A model generated the notes under the pieces. It saw nothing but the letters and a program-made list of their open reading frames with translations. It was not told where the DNA came from and ran no database searches. A stretch of DNA of 64,000 nt from the human T2T-CHM13v2.0 reference genome, Homo sapiens. Below, one piece after another: positions 1-25,459 of this stretch. The stretch lies in assembly GCF_009914755.1 (NCBI RefSeq), contig NC_060943.1. One strand, 5' to 3'. The position numbers were made by a program, and so were the translations under genes. The stretch's first letter is position 1, and the number at the start of each line of letters is the position of its first letter.

Positions 1-92
1 TAGCTGAGAACAAATTTAAGGACACAGAAAATATTTAAGATACAATTTGAATTGCTAAAAAACACAAAACTTATTTAAAATCATGATGTGTG

Positions 93-1321
<1,229 letters not shown>

Positions 1322-2013
1322 CTAGCACCAGTTGCACAAGGGTCCCTGCAGAAACACCAGTCTCCATTGTATGGGTTTTCTGAAAATAGTTCAATGATTC
1401 TCCTGCATTTTCCATTTAGGTTGATTTCATGTATTAAAATAGATGATGGGATGAAAGAACCCTCTGTCACTGATGTCTGTCAGTCTAAAATTCCCATTCC
1501 ATTCCCAGTCATTAATAAGAGTTTGGGGTTAGAAACACAGTGACTCACTTGGTGAGCTTCAAATGTAATGTAAATGAGCCAGAAAAATTTCCCCTTATTA
1601 GCCTTATTTTACATAATTTAGCAAGTATTTGTGCACATTAACACGTGACTTCCACGTGCAGCTGCTCTAATCCTGCTCCACAGAGAGCTGACAGTGCATC
1701 CAGATGTGGCCCCTGAACAATCCCTGCTGCCCAACAGCACTGACACCACAGGACCCTCACCCCGTCTCCATCCATGTCTGGGTGTGAGCCCTTCCCAGGA
1801 CCATGCCCAGTGCAGCCTCTTCCCAAGCTCATGTCACTGGGTCACGAGAGATGGAATCTAAGTGAGATGAGAGGGACTGAGGGAAGGCACGCGTAAGTGC
1901 GAGCAAACCTGTCAGGCAGGACGCTTCAGACTCAGAGAAGATTCCCAACTTCAAAGAATGACATTTCAAGAAGAAATAAGAGACAGAACAATCCACTGAT
2001 AATATTACCTTAC

Positions 2014-2028
2014 CTGGGTGAGAGCCAT
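2014..2028 (-). CDS. ZNF347: First coding exon (MALTQ) of a KRAB zinc-finger gene; exon about 2014-2074; rest of gene lies left of the window
   Basis: Minus strand reads ATG GCT CTC ACC CAG|GTAAGG. Acceptor ...ttcctgttacctaAG|GAAG at 2075/2074. MALTQ start and position next to ZNF665 match ZNF347 from recall. Confidence 0.85.
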
Positions 2029-3178
2029 GCCTGACTTGTCTTTCTTTCCTCTTCCTCTTCTTCAAGGGTTCTTCCTTAGGTAACAGGAAAGTGCCTTTAG
2101 AAGTCAATATTGAATATCCAAAATGTGCTGTTTATTGCTCAGAATCAACACATCCCCTTCCTATGCCACAATCACACACACACACAGGGAAGACCTCACC
2201 CTGTGGAAAGATGGTCTCAGCTGCCCACTGCACCAGGGCAATGCAGGGACAAGAAGCTCCTATGGGAAGATCAATAAGTGAGTTTCTGACCCCTTTCTTC
2301 AGAACCCACTCTCCTCCTGGAGAAGCCCACACACACGCTGCAGCAATTGGGAGCTGGGCTGGACTGAGCTCCCCCATTCAGGGCACAGACCAAGCCCTGA
2401 CCAAACCCCATGCAGAGAACAGCCTCCCTCACCTCTCTGTGGATTGCAGGCCAATCTCAGGCCTCAGAAACAAAAGGTAGAGGCTGAACGTGGTGGCTCA
2501 CACTATAATCCTAGCACTTTGGGAGGCTGAGGCAGAAAGATCAGTTGAGGCCAGGAGTTCAAGACCAGCCTAAACAACATAGTGAGACCCCATTTCTCTT
2601 AAAAAAAAAAAGTAATAAATTTAGCCAGGCACGGTCACTCACGTCTTGTAACCTCAGCACTTTGGGAGGCCTAGATGCTGGATCTAGAGTTCACAGGAGA
2701 GGCCTGCAGGTGACATGAAGCTGTGCAGGTGGGGTTGAAAGCCATGAGCTGAGTTGATAAGGAAAGGCAATGAGTGCGGACAGAGAAAAAAGTGGCTGGA
2801 GGACTAAGCCCACGTTCAGAGAACAGAAAGTTCTGGAGACACAAGAAGAGGAAAGCATAATGTGATTAGGGAGGCAACAAGAAAATTACAACAAATAGAT
2901 GTGTAAAGCTTAACGGGATGTCCTAAAAGCCAAGAAAATAGAAGAGAAAGTGAGCAACTGTGCCACATGCTACTGATAGGAATGGAAAGATGACAGGAAA
3001 TTAAACATTGAATTTCAAATGGATCCATCACTGGTAAATGAAAAAGAAAGGATCAGTGGAATGTTGGGTATGAGAGCTTGATTCAAGCAAGAGTTCAAGC
3101 AACGACTGAAGGCAAGAATTGAACATAAAGTAAAAAAAAAAAAAATTGTAGTGTATTGTGCTCTTAAACGGAGCATAG

Positions 3179-3522
<344 letters not shown>

Positions 3523-3572
3523 TAGAGTATTTTTTGTTTTAAAGATGGAGCGTAGAAGAAAAAAAGACTTTA

Positions 3573-3575
<3 letters not shown>

Positions 3576-3604
<29 letters not shown>
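3576..3604. repeat. (TG)n microsatellite; paralogous tract at 34546-34587
   Basis: Direct reading; both follow ctttatt(tt)ctgtgtg. Confidence 0.9.
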
Positions 3605-3607
<3 letters not shown>

Positions 3608-3736
3608 TTTTTTGTTTTTGAGACAGGGTCTCACTCTGTTGCCCAGGCTAGAGTGTGACAGCATGAACATGGCTTACTGCAGCCTCAAGCTCTCGTGTTC
3701 AAGCGATTCTCTCACCTCAGCCTTGCAAGTAGCTAG

Positions 3737-3937
<201 letters not shown>

Positions 3938-4183
3938 TAGGTACAGGGATGAATTCCCTTGAAGTTAAAATTTTGAAAGCTTTACAGATTGTGAAGGAAA
4001 AAAAAAGTTAAAATTGATGGCACGCATATTGTCCTGAGACTGTGAGTGAGGCTGGTACATGGTACACAATTGCAGGGCCAGCAGCAGCCAGAAGCAGGAA
4101 CAGGCCATTCCCAGTCACTACTGAGTAGAGATCACAGGTCCTGACAGGTGGGTGGGCCACTTGGAGGTCTTTTCCTTTAGTCT

Positions 4184-5300
4184 TTGAGATAGGAAAAAAC
4201 CCAACTCTACATTCTGCTCTCACACTAAACACAGAATACTTCACCTCTAGTCACCAAAATGTGTGTGTGGCTTTTCCCACAATGACCAGGGGACTCCCAG
4301 GGGACTCCCAGCTCGGGGGGGGGGGGGGTTAGGCGGGGGTCCTACAATTTCATTCAACTCTGATATTATCTACAAGACAGCATGGGCCGGGCACAGTGGC
4401 TCATGCCTGTAGTCCCAGCACTTTGGGAGGCCAAGGCAGGAGGATCACTTGAGGCCAGGAGTTAGAGACCAGCATGGCCAACATGGCAAAACCTCGTCTC
4501 TACTAAAAATACAAAAATTAGCTGGATGTGGTGGTGCACACCTGTAATCCCAGCTACTTGGGAGGCTGAGGCAGGCAGGAGAATCGCTTGAACTCGGGAG
4601 GCAGAGGCTGCCTTGAGCCAAGATTGCGCCACTGCACTCCAGCCTGGACAACAGAGCGAGACTGTTTCAAAAAGAAAAAAAAAAAAAGACTGCATGACGA
4701 GGTGCTACAGGTTCAGAGCTCAGTCTAAAACTGCCCCTCACTTCAGACACAGTATGCCAGTGGTAACTGTCACTTATACTTTTGAGTGACCTGATAAATA
4801 CTGTGGTTCTCTTAACCCCTCCTCGGCTTTGATTAACTTTCTAGGACAGCTCTTCCTTCTGACTGTTCATCTGTATCTTCTGTAATATCCTTCATAACAA
4901 ATGTGTAAACTAAGTGAAGTGTTTTCCCTGAGTTCTTTGAGCCGCCCTCACAAATTAATAGAACCTGAGGTGGTGGGGAGGGGGATGTCAAGGGAATCCC
5001 CAGTGTATAGCTGGTCGCTCAGAAGTTCAGGTACCAACGGGAGACTTACAACTGGCACCTGATGCGGGGGCAATTTCGTGGAACTGAGCCTCAATCAGTG
5101 GGATCTGATGCTAACTCCAGGTAGAGAGTTTCAGAATTGAGTTAAACTATACGACACTCAGTTAGTGTCTGATAGAGAACGGGTTGTTGGTGGGAGAAAT
5201 CCGCACACATTTTCGTGAGTGGAGGCGAGACACTGTGTAGAATGTGCCCTGTTGTATTGAGTGTGACAGGAAAGAAAATCAAAGGAAAAATATTTTTTCC
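4184..5300. mobile_element. MER21-like LTR fragments with a nested Alu
   Basis: MER21-type motifs (gtcctacaatttcattcaactctga; gatctgatgctaactccaggtag). Paralogous copy at about 35826-36825. Confidence 0.5.
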
Positions 5301-6399
5301 TCTTAGTTCATACACTCGCCCACACCCTACCCTATTCCAGGAAAAGGGAAGTGGGTGGACTCAAAACTAAATGAGCGAAGTCACTGCCCTCTGGTTTGAA
5401 TAGTGATTGCAAATGAAGCTATACCCTAATACTAATAATTGTCAAATGCACGTGTTACGCATTTTACATAAAGGAGTTTCTTCCATTCTCATTTGCAACT
5501 GCATAATTCAAGTAAATGTATTTTAAATGTGTTGCATTATTTTAAACCCAGAAACCAATGTCACAATGTCATCATCACATCTAATCAACGCACCACTCAC
5601 CTGGACTCAGGGTCCCTCTCTTGCTTCCATACTGTGTGTTTCCCTCCCTCATCCTCTACATAGCTCTCATTCTCACATTAGCTTATTTTTTATTTTCTGT
5701 GTTTTTCCCCTGGTTCTTTGCGCGTCGTTCTGAGCCCCTCTCATCTCCTGCTATTTCTCCCCTTCTTCCTCCGCTTGCACCTGTTCTGTCCCATTCTGGG
5801 GCCTTGTTTCAACTCTGATTCCTCTTTCTCCCCAGTCTTTTCATTGTCCCCAGTCTCCATATATTTCTGCCTCTTTCTTCTCCCATCTCTGCTCCCTCTG
5901 TTGAATCTCCTCTTCCCTTCTACACCTCTTGCCCCACTCTCTGGCACCCCCAGATCCCAGGCCTCCCCCTGCTGTGGTTCTCCTTCTGCTCTCCTCGTCA
6001 CCGGCTGTCCCCTCTTGCTGTCCCAGCACCACGCTGCTTGTCTGCCCTGGCTCCAAATCCCTCCTCCTCTCCCGGACTCTGTCTGAGGAGCCTCCCACTT
6101 TCTGGCCCTCTCCCTACCTTGCTGTCCTTCATGTCTCTGGACATCGAGCTTTTCTCTACATTTCCCCAGTTGCTTTTCTCCTTCTGCCTTCTCAGCTCCT
6201 TCTCTTACCATCTGCAAATCCCTCGCCCATCCTCTACTTTGCCATCTGGTTACGGGTTTCCCTCACTCTTTCCTCTCAGTTTTTCTACTTCTCTCTCTGT
6301 CTCTGCCCCTTTCTCTACCTGCTAATCCCCTTGGTCCACACATTCACAGGAAGGTTTGGACTAAGACGCCTGCATCTTGGAGGAGCGCATTTTCCAGGG

Positions 6400-7460
<1,061 letters not shown>

Positions 7461-9049
7461 TCATTTTTCCCGGTTTAGAAACGCTGGAGTGTTCACTATG
7501 TCCCCGGGAGCACCGTTCCAATTTGAAGCAGTTTTAAGGTGAAAGAATAGACTTACGTGGACCACTTATGATAGAAACCAAAATGATTTCCTCTTACCAA
7601 GTTGAAAACGGTTTATGTTAAAATTGTTTGCCGGCGGGTTGGACCCAGTCCTGCTAGGGAGTCTGCTGCAGCTCAGGAACGGGGATCTGGGAATCGGGGA
7701 TCTCGGTCTGGGAACTGGGATCTTAGTGGAGGATCCACGAGGCACGGCGATTGGATCCAGCAATTCCTGCAATTAAAATGTATTTAATTTAACTAAAATG
7801 TCTGGAAATTATCTCTGAGGATGATTCAAAGTAGAATGGGAAATGCAGCATCCTACCTGGACGGATATGCAATTTAATGCAGTAGCCCAACAGAACCTCC
7901 TTTACATTTCAAATCCCCATTCTCCCCAGTGGAAGAGTCAAGCCTGTGCTCAATTCATGGGAAGGTTAAGGCCGATAAGTTAGATCACCAAGGGCTGCTT
8001 TATTGTTCTTTAAAACATATTTTTGTAAAGATGGGAGTCTCGGCCCAGGCTGGTCTCCAACTCTTGACCTCAAGCAATCCTCCTGCCTGGGCCTCCAAAA
8101 TTGCTGGGATTACAGGAGTGAACTACTGTGCCCAGTCAACTACTGATTTAAACCATGTGAATTTTTAAAAAATAGAGATAAACTGCATTATTTTTGCTTA
8201 TATTCGTTATTCCGTTCCACACTTGAAATGACTTAACCACAAACAACTTTGACATAATCTTTCTTTGCATCAAAATATGCTTAAATCAATAATTTCTAAA
8301 TATCATGTAATTTCAAATTCACTTTATGGGCATTCTGAAGGGAACTTGACACAGTACTTTTTATTTTAAAATTGTAATCTATATTGGGTCTATTTTTTTG
8401 TTTTCTGTTTCTTAATGTTCTATCAGATGTGGATAACAGAGTGTGGAAAATAGTCACCACATGACAATTGGATTTATTTTCGCCTAAAGAATAGTTTTCC
8501 AGTATTTCTAACGTACCATCCCAGTACATTGACTGAACTAAAGACTCACAGGGATACCCTTTTTTCATGTTTATAGAGAACCTAGTTTATACCTGCTATT
8601 GTCTTATGTACATTTTCATGTCACACAATTTTATCTCCAAACAACACCCTTATTTATATACACCGTATAGTTTTCACTTTAACAAAATATTAAACGTTTC
8701 ATCTGGGTTACAATATATGAAAGAAAAAAATAAAAGGGAAAATCATATTAAAAAATAAAAAGTAATTTTACTACAATTGAACATAAACCATGAAATATAT
8801 TGCTCAATACCATAAACTGAAAATAACATTTCCATAGCCTTTGGAGAAATGCCCTTCCAGTAAAACTGCTTAATCATATTTATTATGTAAGAAACTTTTC
8901 CACAGATTTTCACTGAGTTAGTATAAAAACATCTTAGGCATTATAACTAAACAGGATTTCAAAAACATTTTCAACAGTTGTGTTATTTTTAATGAGTCCT
9001 ATGGGTACAGCGGAAGAATAAATGTAGAATATTACTATCAAGAAAACTA

Positions 9050-9422
<373 letters not shown>

Positions 9423-10199
9423 CTAGCGTCAGTCTCCATTTTGTGATGTTGTACTACTAATGCTTTTACAGCTCTGCACTTCTGTTCTGCCCATTTGGTC
9501 AAACTGGTCATGCTTGAGTGCTTCCTCCTTTGTCACTAGATGGACGTTCAAACCACACAAAGCTTCCTCTAACCCATCCCCACACCTTATCAACCATAAC
9601 ACACCAAGCAAGTTGCTTATCTGGGCTCTCAAGCCATTTTTAGACCAGCTTTGGAAGTCTACCCAGCTTTCCCCAGAAACCCACATTATGTAATAAACAG
9701 TCTCATAACACTTCTCAACCAACCTTTAGGTGAAGTTCAATACAGTTCCAGTAGAGAGGTCACAAGTTCAAATGATCAAAATGTTATGAGGGTGAACATA
9801 CAAACTTTGTCGTTTATCTGCCAGGAAAAAAAAAAATCTGAATGTGTTACGTTCTTTCTTAAAAGAAAATTTATATATATTAATTTTTCCAATTGCCACT
9901 GAGCATTCCAAAGGTAAAAAAGAGATGTTGTTGTTTTTATCCATATTCCCCACAGTTTTTTTGTTTCCTAATATGTCATATTTTTACTATACTTGTATTT
10001 TCACTTCAGGTACATCAAGATAAATGCCATAGGTGTTATTTGGCATGCAAGAAAGAGACATGCAAAAATATAATAATACTGTGCATATGCATGAAGAGCA
10101 ATGCAGACTTCAGGGTGTGAGAGTCTGAAATATCCTTTCTGTGGGATTTTCATTATACCACATAAGTATCCCAAGGCAGAGTGTGGAGAGAATAATTCA

Positions 10200-10550
<351 letters not shown>

Positions 10551-10707
10551 TTATATGTTGTTTGATCCAACAATGGAAATCATTGTTCTAGATCCTTCGA
10601 TAGCTTAATGGTGCAGTGTTGTTATCTGTTATGAAGTATGCTACTGAGGTAGGATAAAACTATGTTGGCAAGAAATGATTCATTCATACTTATAAAATAC
10701 ATCAAAT

Positions 10708-10713
10708 TTTATT
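10708..10713 (-). terminator. ZNF665: Poly(A) signal AATAAA of ZNF665
   Basis: TTTATT on the plus strand. Its flanks align with the AATAAA at 61573-61578 of the paralog. Confidence 0.65.
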
Positions 10714-10837
10714 AGTTAAAACATTAAATCTATGATGCATTCTTAAATAGTAGCAAAATGTGATTCCAGCAGTTAATGTAAATCCTAGTAACAAACATGG
10801 GATTCTGGTTACTTTGATTAAACTTCTTATGCTCGGC

Positions 10838-11662
<825 letters not shown>

Positions 11663-12089
11663 TAAGGATGATGAGTGACATCATAGTTCATCATCCTCTG
11701 CCCTTTCCAAGTGCTCTCTAATTCAGACTATATTTAATTTTAAAAGGCAGAGTCTTTTTTCTTCAGGAGCTTGGAGAGAAATAATCCTCACCTAATGAAG
11801 TGAGTGAGCCCTTCCATCCTTTGATTCTTTCCCGAACAACACCATGTTAGGCGTATAATCATGTATAAAATCAGCACATTGCAAAGTTCTGGTTGGAAGT
11901 TATAAATAGTAGCCTTTTCAATAAATCTTAAATACTTCAACAAAACATTTTATAAGCTGAAAGTAATTGGCCATTTCCAAACATCCTACAACCTTTGATA
12001 TGTATCATGTAATGAGTTTTAACACATTTGGACTTCTGATTATGCTGAAGTATATAATATCAGAGGGTTATGAGGAAACTAGAGACTGA

Positions 12090-12397
12090 GTTCTACTCTT
12101 CCTATGAATCCTCACCTACAGTTGTGGTCCAGGAGTAATAGTCTCAGCATGCATGTTACATTTGTGTGACTTCATCAAAGATGTATCTTTTGATGCCTAT
12201 TGAGCTCTGAGACCTGGATAAAGCTTCTGTCATACATAGTATATTCACAGGATTTGAACTCTGATGTCTGTTAATGCTTAAACTCATCAGGAGTTTGCCA
12301 CAGTCACTGTATTTGTAAGAATTGTCTCAAGAATGAATTCTCTGATGTTGTGAAAGAATTTGTGGCTGAAAAACTGGCCGCACTCCTTTGTAAGGTT
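12090..12397 (-). pseudogene. Fossil degenerate zinc fingers in the ZNF665 3'UTR
   Basis: Minus strand reads AACCTTACAAAGGAGTGCGGC...CATCAGAGAATTCAT...TACAAATACAGTGACTGTGGCAAA, which are decayed finger and linker motifs after the stop. Confidence 0.7.
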
Positions 12398-12703
12398 ACT
12401 TTTTTTTTTTTTTTTTTTTTGGAGATGGAGTTTCACTCTTGTTGCCCAGGCTGGAGTGCAATGGCATGATCTCGCTCACTGCAACCTCCGCCTCCCAGGT
12501 TCAAGTGATTCTCCTGCCTCAGCCTCCCGAGTAGCTGGGATTACAGGCGTGCACCACCACACCCAGCTAATTTTTGTATTTTTAGTAGAGACAGCGTTTC
12601 ACCGTGTTGGCCAGCCTGGTCTCGAACTCGAGACCTCAGGTGATCCCCCCGCCTCGGCCTCCCAAAGTGCTGGGATTACAGGCGTGAGCCACCACGCCCG
12701 GCG
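12398..12703 (-). mobile_element. Alu inserted just after the ZNF665 stop codon
   Basis: TSD tcctttgtaaggtt at 12384-12397 and 12704-12717. Confidence 0.92.
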
Positions 12704-12718
12704 TCCTTTGTAAGGTTT

Positions 12719-14644
<1,926 letters not shown>

Positions 14645-15629
14645 TTAACTATAGTAGGTAAATAACTATTTCCCATTGAAAAACCTAATGTTACACCAAA
14701 AGTAATAGTTATGTTGAACAGACTTACGATTCTTCAGAACCATAATTTTCCAGAACACAAAAGGAACAGGATTCCTTATCAAAGAAAAGGTGGTAACATG
14801 TAATTCAAATAGTAGGGGATCCTAGTTTTAAACATTCTGTGAACAAAACACTCATATTGTGCAAACCCATATTAGCCCTGAAAGGAGTATTTTTCAACCA
14901 TGACCCAAGGCTACCAATTGGCAGTATATTTTATATGGCTGTCACAGAATTCAAGAGAAATAATTCTTAGATTGTGCCTATTTAAAGCATATTTGTTATG
15001 CATAAGTAAATGCTGAAGCACAACATGATATACTCTAATGGCAAATAACTCACAGCAAACATATGTAATGAATAATTAAAGAACTAGTAATTTTGAATTG
15101 GAAAACAATAATAGCACTGAAAAAACGAGGAGGAATTCAATTTTAAAATGTCAGAAAAAACTATTTTTCTGAATACCTGTTATAAAACTACATACCCCTA
15201 TATACCCACACAGAGCAAACATTTTGCAACATTAACAAGTGGTATATAACAGTTATATTTCTTTCTTTCTTTCTTTCTTTTTTTTGAGAAGGACTTTTGC
15301 TCTTGTTGCCCAGGCTGGAGTGAGTGGTGCAATCTCGGCTCACCACAACCTCCGCCTCCCAGGTTCAAGCGATTCTCCTGCCTCAGCCTCCTGAGTAGCT
15401 GGGATTACAGGCATGCACCACCAGGCCAGACTAATTTTGTATTTTTAGTAGAGACAGGGTTTCTCCATGTTGGTCAGGCTGGTCTCGAACTCCCGACCTC
15501 AGGTGATCCCCCCGCCTCAGCCTCCCAAAGTGCTGGTATTACAGGAGTGAGCCACTGCGCCCAGCCCCAACAGTTGTATTTCTTACAAATGGTAAAAAAC
15601 CATCCTCTATCAATAATAATCGAAATTAA

Positions 15630-15917
<288 letters not shown>

Positions 15918-16134
15918 TAGCCAGGATGGTCTCGATCTCCTGACCTCGTGATCCACCCACCTCAGCCTCCTAAAGTGCTGGGATTACAGGCGTAAGCCAG
16001 GGTGCTTGGCCAACAATTTCTCTTGAGAAAAGAGGAGTCTGCCGGGCGCCGGTGGCTCCCGCCTGTAATCCCAGCACTTTGGGAGGCCGAGGCGGGTGGA
16101 TCACGAGGTCAGGAGATCGAGACCATCCTGGCTA

Positions 16135-17765
<1,631 letters not shown>

Positions 17766-17793
17766 AAAAAAATTTTTTTAATGGAAATATTTC

Positions 17794-18504
17794 TTTTTTT
17801 ATTATTATTACTATACTTTAAGTTTTAGGGTACATGTGCATAATGTGCAGGTTAGTTACATATGTATACATGTGCCATGCTGGTGTGCTGCACCCATTAA
17901 CTTGTCATTTAGCATTAGGTGTATCTCCTAAAGCCTATCCCTCCCCCTTCCCCCCACCCCACAACAGTCCCCAGAGTGTGATGTTCCCCTTCCTGTGTCC
18001 ATGTGTTCTTATTGTTCAATTCCCACCTATGAGTGAGAATATGCGGTGTTTGGTTTTTTGTTCTTGCAATAGTTTACTGAGAATGATGATTTCCAATTTC
18101 ATCCATGTCCCTACAAAGGACATGAACTCATCATTTTTTATGGCTGCATAGTATTCCATGGTGTATATGTGCCACATTTTCTTAATCCAGTCTATCATTG
18201 TTGGACATTTGGGTTGGTTCCAAGTCTTTGCTATTGTGAATAGTGCCGCAATAAACATACGTGTGCGTGTGTCTTTATAGCAGCATGATTTATAGTCCTT
18301 TGGGTATATACCCAGTAATGGGATGGCTGGGTCAAATGGTATTTCTAGTTCTAGATCCCTGAGGAATCGCCACACTGACTTCCACAATGGTTGAACTAGT
18401 TTACAGTCCCACCAACAGTGTAAAAGTGTTCCTATTTCTCCACATCCTCTCCAGCACCTGTTGTTTCCTGACTTTTTAATGATTGCCATTCTAACTGGTG
18501 TGAG
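17794..18504 (-). mobile_element. 5'-truncated young L1PA (about L1PA3) 3' end
   Basis: ORF2 C-terminus (18016..18489, [20 protein letters not shown]...), L1 3'UTR and poly(T). Imperfect aatggaa-type TSD. Confidence 0.85.
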
Positions 18505-19044
18505 GAATGGAATATAACTTTTTTAAAAAAAACTTTTATTGTATAATGGCAAACTACAGGTGTATATATTTATGGGGAAAAAATGATGTCATGATGCATA
18601 TATAGAATGTGGAATGATGGAATCACGCTTATTACCACATCCATCATGTGAAAAATGTGTCATTTACTCTTGTTTAATTGAACCTTTGTGTTGAAACGAC
18701 AAACATCTTCCTAATCTCCCCAACCCCACCCTCTTGTAACCAACGTTCTTCTTTCTATGAGTTCAAGAGGTTTGGATTCCACATATAGGTAAGAAGGTGC
18801 AGTACTTGTATTTCTGTGCCTAGATTATTTCATTTAGCAAAATATCCTCGGGGTCCATCCATGTTCTGGCAGACAGAACTTCCTTCTTTTAAAGGCTACA
18901 CAGTGTTCCATCATTTTCTTTATCCATTCATCTGTTAATGAACACGTAGTTTGATTTCATAACTCGACTATTGTGAACAATGCTGCATTAAACATGGAAT
19001 GCAGATACGTCATAGATATGCTGATTTAAATCCTTTGGATCTAT

Positions 19045-20558
<1,514 letters not shown>

Positions 20559-20962
20559 TATACCCAGAAGTGGGATTGCTGGATAATATAGTACTTTTAT
20601 TTTTATTTTTTTGAGAAATTTCCACATAATTTTTCATAATGCCTGGACTAATTTACATTCAACCAATAGTGTATGAGAACCCCCAGTCTCCATATCTTTG
20701 CTAACACATATCTTTTGTCCTCCTGACAGTAGCCATTCTGACAACTATGTGATATTTTATGCTGCTTTAAATTTTTATCTCTGCAAGTAGTGATGTTGGC
20801 TGTTTGTCTGCCTTCCTTCAAGAACTGTATATTGAGGCTCATACCTGTAATCTCAGCACTTTGGGAGGCCAAGGTGGATGGATCATGTGAGACCAGGGGT
20901 TTGAGACCAGCCTGGCCAATGTGGTGAAACCCTGTCTCTACCAAAAACGCAAAAATTAGTCA

Positions 20963-21319
<357 letters not shown>

Positions 21320-21508
21320 TCAGTAGATGCTACCCCATTTATCTGTTTGCTTTTGTTGCACAAGCTTCTGGGCTCAAGGCCAAAAAATCATTGATAACGT
21401 CATGTAGGTTTTCCCCTATGATTACTTCTAGTAGTTTTACATTATCAGGTCTTAGGTTTAAGTATTTAATACATTTTGAATCAATTTTGGTATCTGGTGT
21501 GAGATTAA

Positions 21509-21886
<378 letters not shown>

Positions 21887-22797
21887 TGATCCACCCACCT
21901 CAGCCTCCCAAACTGCTGGGATTACAGGGGAAAGCCACCGCATCTAGCATTTTTTACTCTTTTTATTCTGTTCCACTGGTTGATGTGTCTATTTTTAAGG
22001 AAGTACTATCCTGTTTTAATTACTATATCTTCATAATACAGTTTGAAGTAAGGTAGTGTGATGCCTCCAGGTTTGTTTTGTTCAATGAATCCCATGCTCA
22101 AGTGTGAAAAAAACAGGATACATGCCCGATGTAGGACTGGGATCAAAGAGAGGACATTTCTGTCCACTGTACTTAACAATTTGGCTAACCATCTCAGAAG
22201 ATCCAACCCACTCCCCTTGTCACCCACACCCACAAACTGTCACAAAGTGGAAGAGAAGAAGTAGCTGAGACCTCAACAGGCAAGGAAAGCTTAAGACAGT
22301 TCCGTGAAGTTTCCGGGGCCCCAGGTGCAAAGGAGAAGCAGCCAGTGTTTTCCATCTCTTGGAAGTAGGTCTTCCAAGCTCATGAAATGGGATAAAGTAT
22401 GGATAGAGGCACTTGCCAAAACTATGGAGTCCTCACATCTGTCTCTGTGGACAGAAAAATAAGGATTTTTGATTGAATCAAGCACAGAAGGAGAGACTAA
22501 GGAGGAGAGCAACCCTTTTGAAAGGGACTAAGAGTTCATAGAAAGCCAGTAACAGACGGTTGTAGATCATGACCAAGACTTTGCATGTGTTGCTCTTTGG
22601 GCTGTAGCGCCACTGCAGGTTGGAAGGATGAAGTTTTACACATCTAAAGAACAGGGTATTAAGTGGTGGGGAAAAAAATTCTTATCAGTGATCACAGGAT
22701 ATAAACTTTTATTTTCCCAAAAAACTCTCCCATTTGCAGGGTGTTTCTCAAACACTGTCTAATGAGATGCTTTCTCCCTGCCCATCTGAACTCTGAC

Positions 22798-22913
22798 CTG
22801 TGATCCCACCTCTGATCCACTCCCAGTTTCTATTGTCTCTTGGTTCTCCACATTCCAGGGCTCCTTCCCTTGTTCCAACAAGGAGATAATACTCAGATCA
22901 AAAGGAGAGATTC
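22798..22913 (-). pseudogene. ZNF665: Inactivated KRAB-B exon of ZNF665
   Basis: Reads (G)[23 protein letters not shown], then shifts frame. 116 nt versus 129 nt for the paralog exon. Donor GTCAGA. An Alu sits about 20 nt upstream of the acceptor. Confidence 0.85.
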
Positions 22914-22920
22914 CTGCTTA

Positions 22921-23305
<385 letters not shown>

Positions 23306-23659
23306 TTAGGTTTACATGAGAAGAGAGGAAACTGTAGACGGATTTGGAAAAACATTTCAACAGTTGATCCACGGAATGCCTCCTGAGTGGTTAGGAAACA
23401 CCACACTACGCAGATATCTAGCTTTCTTCCATGAACCACTCAATCAAAAGCACAGAAGTAGAAAACAGAAAATCAAACATTTTAAAAGTCTGGTACAAGG
23501 TATTATGCATACAAAACTCTAAAACTCTCCACAAAGTGGGCAGACCATCTCGAGAAACAGCAAGATTAAAGTCCAGATCCTGCATGATTAGGCTTTTCAT
23601 TTATGAGTCAACAGGACATCAATCCTCATCAAGCAATGCAGGGGCTCTCAAGAGACTCA

Positions 23660-23848
<189 letters not shown>

Positions 23849-24064
23849 CTAAAATGAAAAACACATTTCACCAAGTGACTATGAGGAAAATTTGAATCTT
23901 CACATAAAACAAGAAGAGGAGAGAGCTGTAAGAATAGGTTCAATTCAAGTAAGCAGACTGACACATCCAGGCTGTGATCACGGTACATACAGATTTGATC
24001 TTCCTCCCCTTTTCCTGAAAAGGGCTCACTTGAAATCTGTGAGGTGATAAGTATCTTTTTGTAT

Positions 24065-25459
<1,395 letters not shown>

